DNA of 64,000 bases, taken from NCBI GenBank assembly GCA_963594125.1, contig CAVBCV010000001.1, positions 64,746 through 128,745 of the forward strand. The letters run 5' to 3'. Positions 59,589 to 64,000 of this stretch are shown piece by piece. Origin of the DNA: Lachnospiraceae bacterium. GTDB lineage: Bacteria; Pseudomonadota; Alphaproteobacteria; RF32; CAG-239. A model generated the notes under the pieces. It ran no database searches. It was given only the letters and a program-made list of their open reading frames with translations, and was not told where the DNA came from. The position numbers were made by a program, and so were the translations under genes. Position 1 is the stretch's first letter, and every line of letters starts with the position of its first letter.

Positions 59589-60929
59589 TTCGGCATAGGG
59601 GTTGTCAGATTTGCGCACGGTAACGCGTACCGGCACCCCGCCTAAATTGAAAGTATCGCGCAGGCTGTTAACCAAATAGCGTAAATACGAATCGGGCAAA
59701 CCCTCCGGATTGCTTGAAAAAATGTAAAATGAAGGCGGGCGGGTTTTAGCCTGAGTGATGTATTTTAACTTAATCCGGCGTTTGTTTTTACCCAAAGGCG
59801 GAGTGTTTTGTTCCTGCACGTCAGAAAACCACTTGTTTAGCGGTGCGGTCGGGATACGAGTGTTCCAGCGGTCATAAACCTTAAACACCGCGCTCATTAA
59901 TTTATCTAATCCCTCATTTTTAAGTGCGGAAATTGTAACAGTCGGCACGCCGGTTATTTGGGTTAAGGAGGTTTGCAGTTTATCATTTAATTTTTGCAAA
60001 GCCTCAGAGCGTTTGGCAATATCCCATTTATTAACCGCTATTACCAATGCGCGCCCTTCATCAATTACCTGACGCGCAATGGTTAAATCTTGCTTGTCTA
60101 AAACGGCATCGGCATCAAGCACTAAAACCACAACTTGAGCCATAAAGGCAGCATGTTTGGTGCTTGCGGCGGACATTTTTTCAAGCGAATCGGTAATTTT
60201 AGACTGACGGCGCAATCCGGCGGTGTCAACTAAGTTGATTTTGCGACCTTTCCACTGCCATTCGGAAGTGATGGCATCGCGGGTAATGCCTGCTTCAGGA
60301 CCGGTCAGCATACGCTCGTCATGGAGCAAGGCGTTTACTAACGTTGATTTACCGACATTCGGGCGTCCGACAATAGCGAGCTGTATAGGTCTTTCTTCAG
60401 AAGATTCTTCCGGCTGTTCTTCAGGTTCAGGGCTGATTTTGGCGTTAATTTCAGCTAAAGACGAATATAAATCTTCAAGCCCTAAGCCGTGTTCGGCTGA
60501 AAAAGGAATCGGTTGTCCAAGCCCTAATTTATAAGCCTCAAAGATGTTGTCTTCTTGGGCTTTGCCCTCGCATTTATTGGCAAGTAAAATAACCGGCTTA
60601 TGGCTTTGACGTACTAACGCGGCAAAAGTTTCATCATAAGGGTGCAGACCGGCGCGGGCGTCAAACATAAATAAGCAAACATCAGCTTCGTTGATGGCGC
60701 GCTTGGTTTGAGCAAGCATGCGTTGTTCAATGCTGTTTTCTTTGGCGTCTTCAAATCCGGCGGTATCTGTTAAACACAAGTCAAGATTTTTGAAACGAAC
60801 AATCGCTTCTTTGCGGTCACGCGTAACCCCCGGCTTATCATGCACAATAGCGAGTTTTCTACCGGCTAAGCGGTTAAACAGCGTTGATTTTCCTACGTTT
60901 GGTCTGCCGATTACTGCCACTTTTAACAT
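59586..60929 (-). CDS. der: Ribosome-biogenesis GTPase Der (EngA), with tandem GTPase domains and a KH-like C-terminus.
   Basis: 447 aa. G1 motifs GRPNVGKST occur twice (residues 8-16 and about 186-194). Confidence 0.95.
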   Translation of the reverse strand: MLKVAVIGRPNVGKSTLFNRLAGRKLAIVHDKPGVTRDRKEAIVRFKNLDLCLTDTAGFEDAKENSIEQRMLAQTKRAINEADVCLFMFDARAGLHPYDETFAALVRQSHKPVILLANKCEGKAQEDNIFEAYKLGLGQPIPFSAEHGLGLEDLYSSLAEINAKISPEPEEQPEESSEERPIQLAIVGRPNVGKSTLVNALLHDERMLTGPEAGITRDAITSEWQWKGRKINLVDTAGLRRQSKITDSLEKMSAASTKHAAFMAQVVVLVLDADAVLDKQDLTIARQVIDEGRALVIAVNKWDIAKRSEALQKLNDKLQTSLTQITGVPTVTISALKNEGLDKLMSAVFKVYDRWNTRIPTAPLNKWFSDVQEQNTPPLGKNKRRIKLKYITQAKTRPPSFYIFSSNPEGLPDSYLRYLVNSLRDTFNLGGVPVRVTVRKSDNPYAE

Positions 60930-60940
60930 TTTTGAATTTC

Positions 60941-62266
60941 CTATTTATATGCAACCAGTTCAGCGTCATCGGTGACAAACACAACAGTTTGCTCAGCGGC
61001 AACCGGAGCTGCCGGAATCGGTGAGTTTAAGCTGATTTTATTTAATATTTTTCCGTTTTGCGGCGAAACGGTGTAAACGGTTCCGTCAGATGAGGTAATC
61101 AGCAACTGATTATTTGCCATTACCGGACCGCTTAAATAAATATCGGAGCGGTCTTTTAAATCATAGTCTTCAAGCAAGGCCGCTGACCATAAAATTTGCC
61201 CGTTTTGTTTGTTAAGCGCCATGAGTTCGTGGCTGTTGGTTAAAACAAACAAATAATTTCCGCTAATCCACGGCATATTGGTTCCGCCGAATTTTTGCTT
61301 CCAGATAATTTCACCGGTGCGGTAGTTTATGGCTGCAAGCAGGTCATTGTGACCAACTGCGTATATGGTGTTATCGTTAATTACCGGCGCGGCTTTAATG
61401 GAATTAATAGCGGTTGAAAAGTTAGACTGAGCAGAATCTATTAAAGCAACTGTCCACGCCGGATAGCCGATGTCGGCATTAAAGGCTTGAATATCGCCAT
61501 TAGAAAACCCGGCAACCGCAAAGTTTTTTTCAGGCGCGCATGCCGGAGCGGAAGAGCCTGCTAAAACCGTATCCTCAGCGGAAATGTTGTATTTCCAAAT
61601 TTCATCGCCGGTTTTAGTGCTTAAAGCTAACAAGCGGTTATCTAAGGTTTGCACCAAAAGTTTGTCATTGCAAACAGTGGGAGCTGTTCTTAACGGTGTG
61701 TCTAAGTCTTTACGCCATAAAATAGCGCCGGATTCATTATCAAGAGCAAAAATACTGCCAAAACCGGCGGCGGCGTAAATTCCGTTGGCGTCGGCGGCAA
61801 GTCCGGCTCCGTTTAAGCCGTTTTCATTTTCAAACTTGCTGTCAGGTTTGAGTTTTTGTTTCCAAATTTTACGACCGTCAGATAATGAAAAGGCGCTAAC
61901 GGTTCCGTTAACATCTTGCGCGAATACGGTTTGTTTATAAATTATCGGAGACGCGAGCAGCAAATTGCGCTTAGAGCTTCCTTTGCCGAAATTTTGTTTC
62001 CAAATTTTTTGCATGTTGTCATGAGCGGCAATATTGCCCATATTATGCGAGGCATTGCCGCCGGTTTGGCTCCATGAGCGATTATTTATGCCCTCTGGGA
62101 TTTCTGCCGCCGGAATTGAGGTGGTGGCAAAATCAACCGCGGCGCTTGCCGAAAGTGCGGAAATTCTGGTTCCGGTCGGGAGTTTTTTATCGCTTGAAAA
62201 AATTCCGCAGGCAGATAAAAGGCTGATAAGCAAAACAGCGCCTAATAAATTGGTTTTGGTATACAA
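60941..62266 (-). CDS. bamB: Outer-membrane protein assembly factor BamB (PQQ-like beta-propeller lipoprotein).
   Basis: 441 aa. Lipobox LLSACG. Repeated beta-propeller blades (IWK...G motifs). Confidence 0.85.
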   Translation of the reverse strand: MYTKTNLLGAVLLISLLSACGIFSSDKKLPTGTRISALSASAAVDFATTSIPAAEIPEGINNRSWSQTGGNASHNMGNIAAHDNMQKIWKQNFGKGSSKRNLLLASPIIYKQTVFAQDVNGTVSAFSLSDGRKIWKQKLKPDSKFENENGLNGAGLAADANGIYAAAGFGSIFALDNESGAILWRKDLDTPLRTAPTVCNDKLLVQTLDNRLLALSTKTGDEIWKYNISAEDTVLAGSSAPACAPEKNFAVAGFSNGDIQAFNADIGYPAWTVALIDSAQSNFSTAINSIKAAPVINDNTIYAVGHNDLLAAINYRTGEIIWKQKFGGTNMPWISGNYLFVLTNSHELMALNKQNGQILWSAALLEDYDLKDRSDIYLSGPVMANNQLLITSSDGTVYTVSPQNGKILNKISLNSPIPAAPVAAEQTVVFVTDDAELVAYK

Positions 62267-62289
62267 TTTTTATCTCCGAACAATAAGGC

Positions 62290-63018
62290 TTATAAACCGT
62301 TTAAGGTTGAAAGCATATCTTGAATACGGCTTTTGAAGTTGTCAGAAATGTTGCCGCTTTCTAACAATGAGTTGTATAAAGAGCGGGCGGTTTCAGTATC
62401 GCCGTCACGAATAGCGGCCATTGCCAATAAATCAGTTGCTAAAGGCGACCATGAATTATCAGCGTCAATAACCGGTTTTAATAAAGCCTCAATTTCAGCG
62501 CGTGGGGCGGTGTCTATTTTATAGGTGGCAAGTTTTAACGCCGCTAAATTACGAATGCGCGGGTTAAGCTCATCATTATCGGCAATGGTTTGCAACATAA
62601 GTTCTGCCTCGGAGTTTTTGCCTTGCTCAAACAAAACGGTGGCAATTTGAATGCGAGCTAAATCGCTGTAGATGCCTTGATTGGCCGCGGCGATTTTTTC
62701 AAGCGCTTTTAAGCTGTTTTCATAATTTTCAGATGCTTGCAGCGCAGATAAATAGTTTTCGGTTTGCTGCTGATATTTAGCGTCGCGCCAGCCTTTAATG
62801 GTTTCAAAGCTGACGGCGGCAGTAACGGCAATTACCACAAACAAAATGATAAACAATCCGTATTTGTTCCATAAAACTTTAAGGTTGTCATTTTTAACGT
62901 CTTCATTGACTTCCTGAATAAAGGCGTCAGTAACATTGTCATCAACCTGATAAGATGAGCGTCTGCTAACAGAGGGCTCTTTGTTTTCTAAAGCTTTTTT
63001 GGTGGTGTTTTTTTTCAT
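62290..63018 (-). CDS. YfgM-like TPR membrane protein. In E. coli YfgM is an ancillary SecYEG-associated protein.
   Basis: 242 aa. N-terminal cytoplasmic tail, TM segment LFIILFVVIAVTAAVSF, and a TPR-like helical C-terminus. It sits in the conserved yfgM-bamB-der arrangement. Confidence 0.7.
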   Translation of the reverse strand: MKKNTTKKALENKEPSVSRRSSYQVDDNVTDAFIQEVNEDVKNDNLKVLWNKYGLFIILFVVIAVTAAVSFETIKGWRDAKYQQQTENYLSALQASENYENSLKALEKIAAANQGIYSDLARIQIATVLFEQGKNSEAELMLQTIADNDELNPRIRNLAALKLATYKIDTAPRAEIEALLKPVIDADNSWSPLATDLLAMAAIRDGDTETARSLYNSLLESGNISDNFKSRIQDMLSTLNGL

Positions 63019-63110
63019 GATTTTAATTCCTCGCTAAAAAATAAGTTGCCTTTAGTATAATGTAAAATATTTGTATATCAATCGGTTTGTTAACAAAATT
63101 ACCAATTATT

Positions 63111-63959
63111 TTATAAGTTTTGGGTGATTTCGTTAATTAAAACCCCACGAACCCATCTTAACCCTTCAACCGGAAGCTTGTTGCCGAATATTACGGTGCC
63201 TTTGTCGGAAACAATGGCTAAAAAGTAACTTTCGGAAGTGGGGGTAAAGTTGATGTCAATACCTTTTAATTCGCTGAATTTTACTACACCGTCACGCACC
63301 CGTAAAAAGCCGATTTTGCGGAAGATATAAATTTTATCTTTGCTGATAATGATAATATCTTTGCTGATAAGGCTCAAAAAGGCGTAAATGATAACCGCCA
63401 GTAAAAACGCGTAAAAGATAATTACGGCGTCATAGGGCAGCTGCTGAATAATAATGTCATGATTTATACCGGCGTAAATAAGCAATCCGCCGAACGCGGC
63501 AATCGTAAACATGCTTAAAAAACTGTATGCGTCAAAAAACAGCTTGCGGATTTTTATCATTTTTTCACCGCTTTTGCGGCTTTTGAAACTGATATATGAA
63601 GGTTTTTCCTGCCGGTAAGCAAAATCTTTGGGCAGGTGCCATTTGGCAACGACTTCAGGGTATGAGCGGTTGAGGTCGTTAAAGTTGTGCGAAACCATGC
63701 CGCGCTCTGAAATAGTAAGCGCCGGCATGCGCAATATTTGGGCATATTCTTTCCAGATTTTGCGAATATGGTGTTTGCTTGTGCTGATATAAAGCGGAAT
63801 GGTTTTGGCAGGGTCTTTGTGATAAAGCTCTATAATGAACTTGTTTTTATTAAAAAGTCCGTACTGATAAAATTTTACCCTAAGGCGCACGCCCGAATAA
63901 TTGTAAAGATGCTCGGTAAAGCCGTAACTTTTGCTGAACAGCGGTTGATTTTTGACCAT
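63111..63959 (-). CDS. Hypothetical membrane protein (two central TM helices).
   Basis: 282 aa with no recognisable motif. The start is close to the window edge and the true start may lie beyond 64000. Confidence 0.45.
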   Translation of the reverse strand: MVKNQPLFSKSYGFTEHLYNYSGVRLRVKFYQYGLFNKNKFIIELYHKDPAKTIPLYISTSKHHIRKIWKEYAQILRMPALTISERGMVSHNFNDLNRSYPEVVAKWHLPKDFAYRQEKPSYISFKSRKSGEKMIKIRKLFFDAYSFLSMFTIAAFGGLLIYAGINHDIIIQQLPYDAVIIFYAFLLAVIIYAFLSLISKDIIIISKDKIYIFRKIGFLRVRDGVVKFSELKGIDINFTPTSESYFLAIVSDKGTVIFGNKLPVEGLRWVRGVLINEITQNL

Positions 63960-64000
63960 AATTGTATCGCCGTCAAAAAAGATAATCTTGTAACGCAGCA

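Overview
This looks like a 64-kb chromosomal segment of an AT-rich alphaproteobacterium (HdaA, a CckA-like hybrid kinase, MipZ-like ATPase, RodZ-like protein, PtsP/EI-Ntr and TTAA-N7-TTAA motifs all point that way), probably an intracellular or symbiont-type lineage. It is mostly conserved housekeeping genes: partial mnmE, dnaQ, coaE, rho, eno, dnaE, serS, prfA, hisS, proS-pheT-pheS-rplT-rpmI-trpS, der-bamB-yfgM, ptsP, pgm, a PBP5-type carboxypeptidase, a MacAB-OMF efflux system, NhaA, and one tRNA-His. No CRISPR, rRNA or recognisable IS element or prophage was seen. Items worth a second look: (1) the coaE-rho spacer carries two perfect DnaA boxes plus three TTAA-N7-TTAA motifs exactly where gene orientation switches, so it is a candidate oriC; (2) a tandem pair of type IV pilin-like proteins, one with a G-1/E+5 class III signal peptide and a roughly 1100-residue Gly/Thr/Asp/Asn-rich passenger; (3) a 4-gene membrane-protein island between trpS and der with atypical codon usage, bounded by terminators; (4) a translationally coupled AMMECR1-like fusion protein and HExxH hydrolase, next to an orphan serine recombinase; (5) a csoR/rcnR-like repressor, His-rich CDF transporter and patatin phospholipase operon with tandem TATA-C4-TATA operator-like repeats; (6) a MipZ homolog with a degenerate deviant Walker A motif. 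All calls rest on reading the sequence and ORF translations by eye against remembered family motifs; no searches or numerical composition statistics were run.
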